A stretch of 64,000 nt of DNA. Source: a bacterium (GTDB lineage Bacteria > UBA8248). Every line of letters starts with the position of its first letter. Within the stretch, counting starts at the first letter, position 1. A program made the translations under genes and the position numbers. This document shows, piece after piece, positions 27,741 to 37,962 of this stretch. The notes beneath the pieces are model-generated. The model searched no databases. It was not told the origin of the DNA and saw only the letters and a list, made by a program, of their open reading frames with translations. The DNA lies in contig OZ244799.1 of assembly GCA_965219955.1 (NCBI GenBank), forward strand, positions 1,536,001 to 1,600,000. The letters are read 5' to 3'.

Positions 27741-27929
27741 TTTGTTTTTCCCTTCTTCCATTTTCCGCCAATATTTCTACAATCCATAAATGAATTACAT
27801 ATAGGCTAATCGCAATGAGACCCATCGCCACTTAATCCACAGCTTCCCACCTACACAAACATTCCATTGTTTTGGTTCTCCCCAAGCGAGCAAATACATC
27901 CCCGACCTCCCGATAAGGTCGGGCCGTTT

Positions 27930-28037
27930 GCCACACGACTCAGGGATCGATGGTGGGTTCGCTCATCTTCCTGCGAGGAAGCGGTGTTGTATACCGCGGG
28001 CGACGCAGCGAGCAGGTCAATCCATAGGTTATGTGGC
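27930..28037 (-). ncRNA. Candidate structured small RNA, copy 1
   Basis: Ends pair over ~21 nt, internal hairpins; TTGACA-17-CAAGAT just upstream on the minus strand (28073-28045). Confidence 0.45.
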
Positions 28038-28078
28038 GAAGAATATCTTGATTGCGATACCGGAATCTGTCAAGCGAG

Positions 28079-28360
28079 AGGGCCGGGTCGCGACCTGTCC
28101 CTGCAATAGAACCCCGACCGGCCCTCAAGGGACTGTTGAAAAAGCCTCGATGAACGAGGGATGGAGAATTATGGCCGCGCTCGCCGCGGATGAAAATTTC
28201 AACCGTAGGGGCGTCGAACTTCCCGAAGAGGGAAGTTCGACCGTGCCCGCCCGTATCGGGAACGTCCATGCCCGTAAAAAGCCTCGGACAGGCACGGAGG
28301 CCTGTCCCTACGGCGAACAATCTCGAAGGTCGGATAGGGGTTTTCAACAGCCCCTCAAGC
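28079..28360. repeat. GTTGAAAAA…TTTTCAAC-bounded element containing GTAG-type REPs
   Basis: gggactgttgaaaaagcctcgatgaacgagg … ggacaggcacggaggcctgtccctac … ttttcaacagcccctc. Confidence 0.75.
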
Positions 28361-28580
28361 GGGCAGTGGTTCCCGGCCTTCGAAATTCTTCACCGACGAG
28401 CAATGTCGACAAAAAATCCATTCAAGAAGCCAGACAAGAACCAAAACCCTTAAACGCTGCCCAAACGCCAGGCAAATGCCCACCAAATGGGTATTGTTTT
28501 CGGGAAGTCGATCTTGATGTAATCCAGACAAGTTCTCCTAGCGAAGGAAACACGTTTCGACCCCTACAATCGGGTCGATT

Positions 28581-28689
28581 GCCACATAACCTATAGACTC
28601 TTGGGTAGGTTCCCGCGTATTCCCGCAAGGAAGCGGTGTTGTATTCCGCAGGCGACCCGACTAGCAGGTCAAGCCATAGGTTATGTGGC
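28581..28689 (-). ncRNA. Candidate structured small RNA, copy 2
   Basis: gccacataacctat…ataggttatgtggc terminal stem; homologous to 27930-28037; same TTGACA-17-CAAGAT upstream (28725-28697). Confidence 0.45.
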
Positions 28690-28988
28690 GAGAAATATCT
28701 TGATTGTGATGTTGAAATTTGTCAAGCGAAACCAATTCGTTAAAACGGGGATAGGTGATGTCTTGACTCGAGCGGACACGCCGGATAGCAAAGCGGGAGT
28801 TCCGGCACCCCTTCACCACTTCAAACCATAAATATCCCATAAAAGAGATATTCAGCCTCAAATACTCCTTATATATACCATTATTAAGTAGATATTTATT
28901 AAAATTTCTCTTTAATATCTCATTAAATAAAGCGTATTATGTTTTCAGGATACGGAGTCAACAAACTTTTCCGCATGAGGTTCATACG

Positions 28989-29966
28989 ATGAAGATACAC
29001 CCCGAAACACTGAAAAGGCTGCGCAAGGCGCGGGGATGGAGCCAGCAGGAACTGGCCGATAAGGCGAAGATCGAAAAGAAGACCATCGGCCGTCTCGAGA
29101 GCGCAAACGGAGGCGAAGCGCGAGAATCCACCGCCCGGTTGCTCGCCTCCGCTCTGAAGCTGGGGAATCCCCGGATTCTGGCGCTTGGCCCCGAATCAGA
29201 AGCGGTGCGGGACGAAGTATCCCGGATCAACTTCGATTCCGGCGGCTCAGGCCCCAGGGTTCATCTCGACAGCGAAACCGCCCTCGCCTACAACATGGTG
29301 GAGGAACACTACGGGGTGGAGATGCACAGACTAATCGAGGAGGCCCCCATGCTCTTCACACTCCTCGCCGAAGCGAGCTTGGCCGAGCGCCGCCGCCATG
29401 TCGAGGAAGCAAGAGCCGTCCTCGAAGAATTCAACCGCACCCTGCCCGCGCATCTCGCAGACTCCGGGTGGGCATACCAGGAGGAGGAGGAATCCATCGG
29501 GAGGCGCGACCTGTTCCGCCACCCCGGAAACCTCGAGTGGGACGATCCCCGCTGGGAGGAGTATCGGGAAAACGGAAACCCCTTCTCCAACTTCCTGAAG
29601 CGACTGGCTGAAAATCTGAAAGCCGACAACGGCGCGCTCGACCCCGCCGACGTCGAGTTCGACCCCGACATCAGCTGCAGGGGCTATCTTTTTCCCGAGC
29701 TCCGCGCGCACATCACAGGCGGTTCACGGCGCGCCGAGTGGGCCCTCTCCCACGGCCACGTGCGCCTCGGGCAGATACCCAAACGCCTGCGCGGCGAGGG
29801 CGAAGACGCCGCCCGGGAGCGCGCCGAATGGCTGGAGGCGCAAATCACGGACGATGAATGGGCTAAATGTGAGGAGATGATGGCCGCCGCCGTGAAACTC
29901 GGGAAAATGTTGGCGGGCGGAACCGATTCTGACGATGAGGCGGACGAACAGGAGAATCGATCATGA
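28989..29966 (+). CDS. XRE-family HTH protein with a large uncharacterised C-terminal domain
   Basis: 'LKRLRKARGWSQQELADKAKIEKKTIGRLE'. Confidence 0.8.
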   Translation: MKIHPETLKRLRKARGWSQQELADKAKIEKKTIGRLESANGGEARESTARLLASALKLGNPRILALGPESEAVRDEVSRINFDSGGSGPRVHLDSETALAYNMVEEHYGVEMHRLIEEAPMLFTLLAEASLAERRRHVEEARAVLEEFNRTLPAHLADSGWAYQEEEESIGRRDLFRHPGNLEWDDPRWEEYRENGNPFSNFLKRLAENLKADNGALDPADVEFDPDISCRGYLFPELRAHITGGSRRAEWALSHGHVRLGQIPKRLRGEGEDAARERAEWLEAQITDDEWAKCEEMMAAAVKLGKMLAGGTDSDDEADEQENRS

Positions 29967-30136
29967 TGAATGAAGTGACAAAGCACAACATTCACGAAAA
30001 AGCGATGGAATGGGTCAATAAGATGGCGAAGGATTGGATTCGGGAAGGACTCGGCCAGGAACAGATGTTTGACAGGGCATGGTTGCGCTACGGACTCGTG
30101 GCGTATCGAGCAAACAATACAGCCGGGAAAGGATGA
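29963..30136 (+). CDS. 57-aa hypothetical protein (MMNEVTKHNIHEKAMEWVNKMAKDWIREG…)
   Basis: ATGA overlap with the XRE stop and a GGAG RBS; below the ORF-track cutoff. Confidence 0.55.
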   Translation: MMNEVTKHNIHEKAMEWVNKMAKDWIREGLGQEQMFDRAWLRYGLVAYRANNTAGKG

Positions 30137-30140
30137 GGCG

Positions 30141-30305
30141 ATGGCGAATGATTCCATCTTTACCGCCGCGGAAAAAATAGCGCTCATAGCGGCGTTGGGC
30201 AGGATGGGCGCAATCAGCGATTCACTCGAAAGAATCGCCGACGCTCTGGAGCGGGCATATCCGCCCCCGCCGAAGCCCGAGAAGAAGGGCTGGTTCAAAT
30301 CGTAA
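30141..30305 (+). CDS. 54-aa hypothetical protein ending in KKGWFKS
   Basis: ATG 4 nt after the preceding stop, GAGG RBS. Confidence 0.55.
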   Translation: MANDSIFTAAEKIALIAALGRMGAISDSLERIADALERAYPPPPKPEKKGWFKS

Positions 30306-30348
30306 AGCCGCGTTTTCCTGATACCGGACAGATGCAGAAGGAGAAAAC

Positions 30349-31320
30349 ATGAACGCCGAATGTTTGATTCAGTGGAACCGCCTGAAGAGAGAAGCAGGTG
30401 AGGATTTCCCCTTTGAAAGGCTCGGATGCGGCATCGACGCATACCTGCAAGAAAACGGAGAGAGCGGCGAGCGGACCGTATGCGCAATTCTCAGGGCCAT
30501 CCGGGAGGCGCTCAAGTGCTCCGGGCATGAGGATGAGGCCGTGAGGCGCAAGGCCGGGAAACTCCTCAAGAGCTGCCGCCATACTATCGATGAAGCCTGC
30601 AAGAATGCAGAGCACTTCCGCAAGGCGTTGACCGAGGCCCGCGAGAGGCGCGCCGAAGCAGAAGCAAAACCCGGCGCCATCCCATTGAGCGGAAAATACA
30701 GGCTCGAAGAGGTGCTCTCCCTCAACAGGCTCATGGCCACCGGAAAAACTCTCGAACTCTGCGTTCGCAAGCGCGAGGATGCGCAAAGTTATTGGAAGGA
30801 GGTCGAGTCCGGCGAATCCAGGCTGTGGCTGCTCCTGAAGGGAGAAGAACCATTCGCCCTGCTCAAGATCGATTTGGAGAAGAGCGAGGCTGTGGAATTC
30901 TCCGCCCACGGTAACGACGATCCCGAAATTTCATACGGGTTGGCTATGGAGCTTCTCCATAAACTCGGCGTCACCGCCGATAACGAAACTTCATTCGCCC
31001 GCGTGGGCGCATTCGGCAGGTTCAAGGGCGGGCGGCCCGAAGTCGAACCTGCCCGCGTCGGCGATTTGGAAATGTGGATCTGGTACTACGGAGACGAACT
31101 CATCGTGGGGATGGAAGAGCACCCCGACGGGAAACTCTCCTGGTCCCGCTTCCGGTTGACAAGGGAGACCTGCCGGAACCAGCTGGAATGGGACGATGAT
31201 TTCGGCAACCACCTCAGCCTGGGGATGCTCTTCGAGATCGTCCGGCGCAATCCCCACCTTCTGGAAAAACTCCGCTCCCCCGCCCTGGGGGAATCGCCCC
31301 GTCTCGAAATCGCCGCCTGA
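30349..31320 (+). CDS. Hypothetical protein with a possible PcfJ-like segment
   Basis: AAGGAG RBS; 'L...G..LELCV…Y…V..GES.L' resembles the PcfJ-like motif; weak. Confidence 0.6.
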   Translation: MNAECLIQWNRLKREAGEDFPFERLGCGIDAYLQENGESGERTVCAILRAIREALKCSGHEDEAVRRKAGKLLKSCRHTIDEACKNAEHFRKALTEARERRAEAEAKPGAIPLSGKYRLEEVLSLNRLMATGKTLELCVRKREDAQSYWKEVESGESRLWLLLKGEEPFALLKIDLEKSEAVEFSAHGNDDPEISYGLAMELLHKLGVTADNETSFARVGAFGRFKGGRPEVEPARVGDLEMWIWYYGDELIVGMEEHPDGKLSWSRFRLTRETCRNQLEWDDDFGNHLSLGMLFEIVRRNPHLLEKLRSPALGESPRLEIAA

Positions 31321-31419
31321 GCGTCCTTCTCCTCTCCTCATCCCCGAGACATCCCCCCCGCCAATTTCAAGAACCCTCAAGATTCGGCTGGGGACGAAGG
31401 CGCGCAACTCCCCCCTCTT

Positions 31420-31620
31420 CGGGGCTGTTGAAAAAGTCCTCACATCTCCCTCACCCTGAGTAGCGGCGAAGCCGCGTATCGAAGGGCGCGCGTCCCTCGA
31501 TACGGCGCGCAAGCGCGCCTGCTCGGGATGAGGGGATTGTCCCGCGCCTCTGGAGACCCGATCGGGACGAGGGGGGTAAAGCGACACCCCCCGATGAAGG
31601 AGTTTTTCAAAAACTCCCCC
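31420..31620. repeat. GGCTGTTGAAAAA-ended repeat with a CCTGAGTAGC-family palindrome
   Basis: ggggctgttgaaaaag…tcaccctgagtagcggcgaagccgcgtatcgaaggg…tttttcaaaaactcccc. Confidence 0.75.
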
Positions 31621-31870
31621 CCGGCCGGTCTTGACCCCGCATTTGCCCTCATCCGGGAACGCGGCGCGCACGGCGCCATCCACACGGATTCCCACACGCG
31701 CAGCCGGGTCGAATTTCCGAAAAATAAGATAAAATCAGATAAATTCACGGGGTTTTTCGATAAATTGGTGATGAATTTTTCTGGGCTTTGACGCCGCGGA
31801 ATCCGGGCGCAGGGGAATTCTGCCACGGCCCGAGAGTCGTTCGATGACGGCAAATGCGCGGACTTGCGGG

Positions 31871-32728
31871 CTAGCGCAGCGAAGTCACCAGAATCACGCC
31901 CGCCACGGTGATGAGCACGCCCAAAACGATGCGCGGGGTGATCCTCTCGCGCCTGCCGAGTATCAGGGGCGCCAGCACGAGCATAAAGAGCGGCACCGTC
32001 GCCACCAGGGGCGTCACGCGCGACACCTCCCCCATGCTCAGGGCGGCCATCAACGTCAACTGGGCGGCCGCCATCGCGAGACCCGCCAGGATGAAGTTTC
32101 CGAGCGAGGCCCTGTTGAACACGAACGGGCTCCACCCGGTGCTCACCTTCAGGATCAAGGGACCCAGGGCGCATGCCGAGACGGATTGCAGAAAGCCCCC
32201 GAAAACAAGGGATTCCACGCCTCCCAGCCCCATTTTCCTGAACGTGTGGGCGAGCCCCATAAAGGCCGCCGCGGTCACCGGCAACAGTAGCACGCGGCCC
32301 CTGGCGAGCGGACCTCCTCCGCTCGTCATGCAGAAAACACCGGCCACGACGACGAGGATACCCAGCCACAAGATGGCCGGCGGGCGTTCCCCCAGCACCA
32401 GAAACGCCCAGAACGCCCCGAAAATGGGGTGGGTGTTGGAGATGGGGCTGGTGGAGGCGACGCCGATCCTCTGGATGGAGCGGAACAGGAACATCAGCGA
32501 CAGCGCGGGCGAGGAAATCCCCGCCGCCAGAAAAGCGATCCAGTAGACCGAAACCGATATTTTGGAGAAATCCACGACCACCAGACAGGAGGAGAAGAAG
32601 ACAAGCTGCATGATCAGGACGACCAGGCTGCCCGTGTGCGGCGTGCTGCCGTCCAGCCCCCTCTTGGTCATGATGCTCGAGAGGGCGAAGAAGATGGCCG
32701 GGCTCAGGGCAACCAATTCAAACGGCAT
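31871..32728 (-). CDS. EamA/DMT-family transporter
   Basis: About 10 TM helices in two repeats, 'LGERP', 'GEVSRVTPL'. Confidence 0.88.
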   Translation of the reverse strand: MPFELVALSPAIFFALSSIMTKRGLDGSTPHTGSLVVLIMQLVFFSSCLVVVDFSKISVSVYWIAFLAAGISSPALSLMFLFRSIQRIGVASTSPISNTHPIFGAFWAFLVLGERPPAILWLGILVVVAGVFCMTSGGGPLARGRVLLLPVTAAAFMGLAHTFRKMGLGGVESLVFGGFLQSVSACALGPLILKVSTGWSPFVFNRASLGNFILAGLAMAAAQLTLMAALSMGEVSRVTPLVATVPLFMLVLAPLILGRRERITPRIVLGVLITVAGVILVTSLR

Positions 32729-32780
32729 TCATACTCCGACCCGGCCGGCCTCCATCGGCCTGTCCGGCTTGGGGAATCGC

Positions 32781-33728
32781 TTACATGACCCCTGGATTCA
32801 CGATGTTTACGGGCCTTTGGCCGCCCAAGGCCAGGCGCATGTTCTCCGCGGTGCGGTCCATCGCGGCGGTTTGCGTCTCCGGCGTCCGGGAAGCGTGGTG
32901 CGGGCTGATGATGACGTTCTCGAGCCCCCACAGGCCATGATCCTTGGGAAGAGGCTCGGGATCGGTGACGTCGAGTCCCGCGCCCGCGAGATGGCCGCCA
33001 CGCATCACCTCAAGAAGATCGTCACTCACCACGGCTGGGCCTCTCGAAACGTTGATGAGAATGGCGTCCGCCTTCATTTTCAAGAGATTCGCCCTGTTCA
33101 TGATGCCCCGCATCTCGGGCGCCAGGGGCATGCACAGAATCAGGAAATCGGCGCGCGGCAGGAGCGCGTCGAAAGAGGTGAACTCGAGCGTCGCCTCGGG
33201 CACGTAGGAGGGATCCTCCGTCCGCGTATTGATGAGCAAATCCATGCCGAAACCATGGCCGATGCGCGCCGCCCTCCTGCCGATGTCACCGAGACCCACG
33301 ATGCCGAGCGATTTGCCGCCCAACTGCACCGCGGGCACGTGCTCCCAGGTTTCCTGCTCATCCCGCATCCAGGCGTGGCGCGCGACGTAGAGCGCCATGA
33401 AAAAAGCGTGCTCCGCGACCGAGCGCCCCCGCACGCCCTCGACGTTGCACACCATGACGCCGCGCTCGTTCGCCGCGTCGACGTCGATGTTGTCCACGCC
33501 AGCACCCGGCTTGGCCACCACCTTGAGATTCGGCGCCATGTCCATCATCTCGGGCGAGACGGGCCGAAACACCGTCAGTATGCCCTCCGAATCCGGCAGC
33601 AGCGGCTCGATGGCCTCCGGCGTGTACTCGGCCGGGGCGACGACCTCGTGCTCCGCGCCCAGCCAGTCGGAGGCCACGTTCCACGCGCGCGTCGAATACA
33701 GCGGATCGATAAGCACTACTTTCGCCAT
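32781..33728 (-). CDS. D-isomer-specific 2-hydroxyacid dehydrogenase
   Basis: 'GAGVDNID', 'GIVGLGDIG', 'INVSRG', 'LDVTDPEP', 'SPHHA'. Confidence 0.9.
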   Translation of the reverse strand: MAKVVLIDPLYSTRAWNVASDWLGAEHEVVAPAEYTPEAIEPLLPDSEGILTVFRPVSPEMMDMAPNLKVVAKPGAGVDNIDVDAANERGVMVCNVEGVRGRSVAEHAFFMALYVARHAWMRDEQETWEHVPAVQLGGKSLGIVGLGDIGRRAARIGHGFGMDLLINTRTEDPSYVPEATLEFTSFDALLPRADFLILCMPLAPEMRGIMNRANLLKMKADAILINVSRGPAVVSDDLLEVMRGGHLAGAGLDVTDPEPLPKDHGLWGLENVIISPHHASRTPETQTAAMDRTAENMRLALGGQRPVNIVNPGVM

Positions 33729-33888
33729 GACGTATATCCTTTTATGAAAAATCGCTCGCAAGCCTCGCCGGAGGCAAGCGATGCTCCCCGGACGAAGCCG
33801 TCTATGGACTTAAAGATGATTCGCAGAACGGGAGCGGAACACCGCACCCGGACTGCCCAAGCGGGCGGCTTCCGCCATATTTGCCTTT

Positions 33889-34980
33889 TTACCCGATGAT
33901 CTTGAGTTCAGGCACCGATATGGGCCCCGATGCGTTGGCGATGGCCACCTGCTCGGCCACTTTTCTGGCCGCCTCGCGAAACGCCCTGGCTGTCGGATGA
34001 TCGGGTTCTCCCATAACGACGGGCACGCCGGAGTCTCCTCCCACCCTCACCTTGATGTCCAGTGGAATGGCGCCCAGGAACGGGACTTCGTAGCGCTGGG
34101 AGGCTTTCTCCCCGCCGCCCGTGTCGAAGATGTTCTCGCGATGCCCGCATTCGGGGCACATGTAGTAGCTCATGTTTTCGATGATCCCGAGAATGGGCAC
34201 GTCGGTTTTCCGGAACATCTGCAGGCCCTTGCGCGCATCGAGAAGAGCGATGTCCTGCGGCGTGCTGACGATGACGGCGCCCGCCAGGGATACCTGCTGC
34301 ACGATGGTCAGTTGCGCGTCGCCGGTGCCGGGAGGCAGGTCCAGAACCAGATAGTCGAGTTCCCCCCAAATCGTCTCGCTCAAAAACTGCACGAGTGCCC
34401 GCATGACCATGGGGCCGCGCCAGATGACGGGGCTGTCCTCATCGACCAGAAACCCCATCGACATGACCTTTAGCCCATGAGCCTCCAATGGCCTTATCTT
34501 GTTCCCCTCCTCGGCGATGGGACGCGCTGTGGGAATTCCGAGCATCAGGGGCTGGCTCGGCCCGTATATGTCCGCGTCGAGCACCCCCACCTTGGCGCCT
34601 TCCCGGCTCAGGGCGAGCGCGATGTTCACCGCCACGGTGGACTTGCCAACCCCGCCCTTCCCGCTCGCTATGGCGATGATGTTCTTCACACCCGCGACGT
34701 CCATTTTGCCGGCCATCGAGGGACGCGCGGTGACGTGGCTCGTCACCCGGACGTTCACCGAATTCACGTTCTCCAAAGAACCGACGGCCAGCTTGCATTC
34801 CTGCTCGAATTCTTCCTTTCGCGGATGCGCGGGCGTCGTCAACTGCAGTGTGAAGGCGACTGCATCTCCACAAATCTGCACATCCTTGATCATGTTGAGA
34901 CTCACGAGGTCTTTTCCGACCTCTGGGTCTCGCACCTTTTTCAGAGCCTCGACAACCTGGGCTTCGGTAGCTTCTGCCAT
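33889..34980 (-). CDS. apbC: Mrp/ApbC/NBP35 Fe-S cluster carrier ATPase
   Basis: 'SGKGGVGKST', 'DADIYGPS', 'WRGPM', 'DLPPGTGD', 'ENMS..CPEC'. Confidence 0.95.
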   Translation of the reverse strand: MAEATEAQVVEALKKVRDPEVGKDLVSLNMIKDVQICGDAVAFTLQLTTPAHPRKEEFEQECKLAVGSLENVNSVNVRVTSHVTARPSMAGKMDVAGVKNIIAIASGKGGVGKSTVAVNIALALSREGAKVGVLDADIYGPSQPLMLGIPTARPIAEEGNKIRPLEAHGLKVMSMGFLVDEDSPVIWRGPMVMRALVQFLSETIWGELDYLVLDLPPGTGDAQLTIVQQVSLAGAVIVSTPQDIALLDARKGLQMFRKTDVPILGIIENMSYYMCPECGHRENIFDTGGGEKASQRYEVPFLGAIPLDIKVRVGGDSGVPVVMGEPDHPTARAFREAARKVAEQVAIANASGPISVPELKIIG

Positions 34981-35277
34981 TGAAGGAATCCTCTAATCCA
35001 AAATGGGACACGCGCTGAAAAATCGCTTGCCGACAAGCGGAATTCTCACATCAATCAGTTTTCATCTTATCCCCCGGATTTTTTTGAGTGTCAAACGTGA
35101 AAGCGGAACCAATATTGTACGGATCGCGCAAAACCGGGAAAAACGCCTTTCTCGGTTGACGCATCGACTCCATCTCATTATTTTTAGGCCGTCTCGTTTT
35201 GTTGATTCAGGACATATCCGAGCGATTCACACGACCATGACAGATGAAAAGTAGCAAAAACAAGGAGAATCAACCCT

Positions 35278-36078
35278 TTGGATATCATCGTCTGCATCAA
35301 GCAAGTACAAGACCCCGACATCCCTCCCCGCGATTTCAAGGTGGATGAGGAGAAGATGGATGTCATACCACCCGCGAACGTATCACCCGTCATCAACGGC
35401 TTTTGCGAAAACGCCGTCGAGGCGGCCATCAACCTCAAGGAGGAACACGGCGGAAAAGTCACCGTCGTGACGATGGGCGACGAAAAAGCCAGAGATGGTC
35501 TCAAAAAATGCCTGGCCATGGGGTGTGATGAAGCCGTTTTGCTCCAGGATGAAGCTTTCGAGGGTTCCGACGCTTTCGCCACGGCGCGAATTCTGGCAGG
35601 CGCCATTCAAAAGCTGGATAGCTTCGACGTTATTCTCTGCGGCAGGCTGAGCAGTGACTGGAGCTATGGCACCACCGCCCTCGCCCTCGCCGAAGCGCTC
35701 GACCTCCCGAGCGTAAGCCAGCTGCAGAAAGTGGAGAAAACCGACTCGGGGATCCGGTGCGAACGCGCTTTGGAAGACGGCGTGGAGGTCGTGGAAGTAT
35801 CGACCCCGTGCCTGCTGACCGCCAGCAACGAGATCAACACGCCCCGCCTCCCCTCGGTGAAAGGCATCCTGATGGCGTCGCGCAAGCAGATTCCCGTCTG
35901 GGGCACGGCGGACGTCGGCATAGACCCCGCATCGGTCGGAAAAGAGGCGGCTACTTTTGAAGTCACCAAATTCTACAAGCCCGTTTTTGACGGGAACTGC
36001 GAATTCATCGAAGGCGAATCACTCGAAGAAGCAGCCGGCGCCCTGGCGCTTCGCCTTCGTGAAGATAAAATCATCTAA
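35278..36078 (+). CDS. etfB: Electron transfer flavoprotein beta subunit
   Basis: 'IIVCIKQV.DP', 'AVEAA', 'LAMGCD', 'NTPRLPS'; TTG start after GGAG. Confidence 0.93.
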   Translation: MDIIVCIKQVQDPDIPPRDFKVDEEKMDVIPPANVSPVINGFCENAVEAAINLKEEHGGKVTVVTMGDEKARDGLKKCLAMGCDEAVLLQDEAFEGSDAFATARILAGAIQKLDSFDVILCGRLSSDWSYGTTALALAEALDLPSVSQLQKVEKTDSGIRCERALEDGVEVVEVSTPCLLTASNEINTPRLPSVKGILMASRKQIPVWGTADVGIDPASVGKEAATFEVTKFYKPVFDGNCEFIEGESLEEAAGALALRLREDKII

Positions 36079-36084
36079 GGGAGA

Positions 36085-37089
36085 ATGAACAACATCATGT
36101 CGAACAACGTCCTCATTCTGGCCGAGCGCGCGGGAGACAAACTCGCGCTCGTGAGCAGTGAGCTTTGCGGTATCGGACGAAAACTCGCCGACGAAAAAGG
36201 GGGTTCTCTGGTGGCCCTCCTCCTCGGCGGTGCCGGCACGCATGAACTGGCGAAAGGACTCATCGCCCTGGGAGCCGACAAGGTGCTGGCGGCCGAGTCG
36301 GATATTCTCGAAGGCTACACCAATGCGGCGTATCTGAAAGTCATCGACGCCGTCATCGGAGAGGAGAGCCCGAACATCTTGCTGGTCGCCAATACCTCCA
36401 TGGGGCGGGACGTCGCGCCCAGGCTCGCCTTCCGGCGTGGCGCCAGCTACGCGCACGACTGCACGGACCTCTCGATTGAGGACGGAATGCTCGCGGCAGT
36501 CCGCCCGGTCCACGGAGGCAGCGCCATCAGCCACGTCCGCTCGAAGACGGATTCCCTCTCCATCGCGTCCACGCGCGCGAAAGCCCTGCCGCTGGCCGAT
36601 GTCGAAGAGGGCCGCGAGGGCGAGTTCATGGAAATCGGCGTTTCCGTGGATGCAGACGAGATTCGAATGAATTTCGTGGAGGCGAAAAAGGTGGAAGCCG
36701 AAGGCGTGCGTCTCGAAGATGCGGAAATCGTCGTGAGCGGCGGACGCGGTCTGGGAGGCCCTGAGAATTTCGAATACTTACAGGATCTCGCCCAGGTTCT
36801 CAAAGCGGCCGTGGGCGCGAGCCGCGCCGCCGTCGACGCCGGCTGGGTGCCGACGCCCATGCAGGTGGGCCAGACGGGCAAGATCGTGAGCCCGAACCTC
36901 TATATCGCCGTCGGCATCTCGGGCGCCATGCAGCACATGGTCGGAGCGGGGCCAAGCAAGAACATCGTGGCCATCAACACGGACGCCGAAGCGCCCATTT
37001 TCCAGCGCGCGCGCTACGGCATCGTGGGCGACTACAAGAAAGTCATTCCCGCCCTGACGGAGAAATGCAAGGAGTTAATGGATTCCTAG
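36085..37089 (+). CDS. etfA: Electron transfer flavoprotein alpha subunit
   Basis: 'VVSGGRG', '[11 protein letters not shown]', 'QVGQTGK', '[12 protein letters not shown]', 'AINTD'. Confidence 0.95.
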   Translation: MNNIMSNNVLILAERAGDKLALVSSELCGIGRKLADEKGGSLVALLLGGAGTHELAKGLIALGADKVLAAESDILEGYTNAAYLKVIDAVIGEESPNILLVANTSMGRDVAPRLAFRRGASYAHDCTDLSIEDGMLAAVRPVHGGSAISHVRSKTDSLSIASTRAKALPLADVEEGREGEFMEIGVSVDADEIRMNFVEAKKVEAEGVRLEDAEIVVSGGRGLGGPENFEYLQDLAQVLKAAVGASRAAVDAGWVPTPMQVGQTGKIVSPNLYIAVGISGAMQHMVGAGPSKNIVAINTDAEAPIFQRARYGIVGDYKKVIPALTEKCKELMDS

Positions 37090-37092
37090 CCC

Positions 37093-37827
37093 TCAGGCCA
37101 GCGGCTGATAGGCCCAGACGACGCGGCCCACGATTCTATCGGCAGGTTCCTCACCGTCCAAATCGATATGGGTGACCGCCTCATCCCGATTCTCCGGCAC
37201 CAGCCATAGACGCGGCGGGGTCCATTGCAACCGCTTGAGCGTACACCCACCGGATTCATCCCGAACGGCGTAAATACCCTCTGAAACGATCGCCTTGTCA
37301 CGGCGATCGATGACGACCACGGCTCCCGGCTGTATCAGGGGAACCATGCTGCGGCCCATCTCCCGGTCCACCCGAACCGAGACCAAATCTCCACGCCCTG
37401 CAATTTGAGAGACGTGGATGAGCGCGTATTCCTCGATTTGCTCATCCACGATTCTGGCGCTGCCCGCCGCGATGGAGCCCGACACCAAAGGCACGGCGCG
37501 AAACTCCGCGTCGCTTACCTTGCCCGGCGCCAGCAGGTTATCACTCATGCTCAAGGTGACGTCCAAAGGCCCGACGCCCGGAATTTCCGGCGCGCCGGTC
37601 CGGCCCAGCAGCCAATCGCCGGACACGTCGAGCACTTTTGCGATTTCAAAGAGCTTGCTCGCGCTCGGTTCGTTCTGGCCCTGCTCATAGCGTGTGAGAT
37701 TCGCCCATGTGACCCCTGCGGCTCGCGCCAATTGGTTGCGGTTCCATCCCTTGCGCTCGCGCGCACGCGCGATGCGGCGTCCCAGTTCGAGCGCATACTC
37801 CGATCGGGGTTTGGGAGATTCGGGCAT
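37093..37827 (-). CDS. XRE-HTH plus S24 peptidase repressor (CI/LexA-like)
   Basis: HTH 'RNQLARAAGV..YEQG..PS'; cleavage site 'IAAG'; catalytic 'GRSM' and 'TLKRL'. Confidence 0.88.
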   Translation of the reverse strand: MPESPKPRSEYALELGRRIARARERKGWNRNQLARAAGVTWANLTRYEQGQNEPSASKLFEIAKVLDVSGDWLLGRTGAPEIPGVGPLDVTLSMSDNLLAPGKVSDAEFRAVPLVSGSIAAGSARIVDEQIEEYALIHVSQIAGRGDLVSVRVDREMGRSMVPLIQPGAVVVIDRRDKAIVSEGIYAVRDESGGCTLKRLQWTPPRLWLVPENRDEAVTHIDLDGEEPADRIVGRVVWAYQPLA

Positions 37828-37962
37828 AGGCTTCGTGGAGGGCTTGAAAACTCCCCTCTCCGGGGCGGATGTCGCAGATAGACACCTAGCCTATCACATT
37901 TCGACCGTTCATCGAAAAGACGGGGTCCTTGCCATCAGACGACAAGGACCCCGGAAGATAGA

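Noticed and set aside
28581-28689. Integron attC site (ACATAAC…GTTATGT core-like ends)
   Set aside because: The region between the R and L boxes is paired rather than an unpaired spacer, the sister copy lacks the AAC, no integrase is present, and the conserved promoter fits an RNA gene better.
27928-28861. ORFs 27928-28596, 28601-28831 and other ORFs over repeat clusters
   Set aside because: They translate repeats or the RNA candidates (e.g. TGTEACPY from REP sequence) and lack RBS and coding-like composition.
1285-31620. CRISPR array suggested by recurring 25-35-bp palindromes
   Set aside because: Copies are dispersed, often inverted, and not separated by regular unique spacers; no cas genes.
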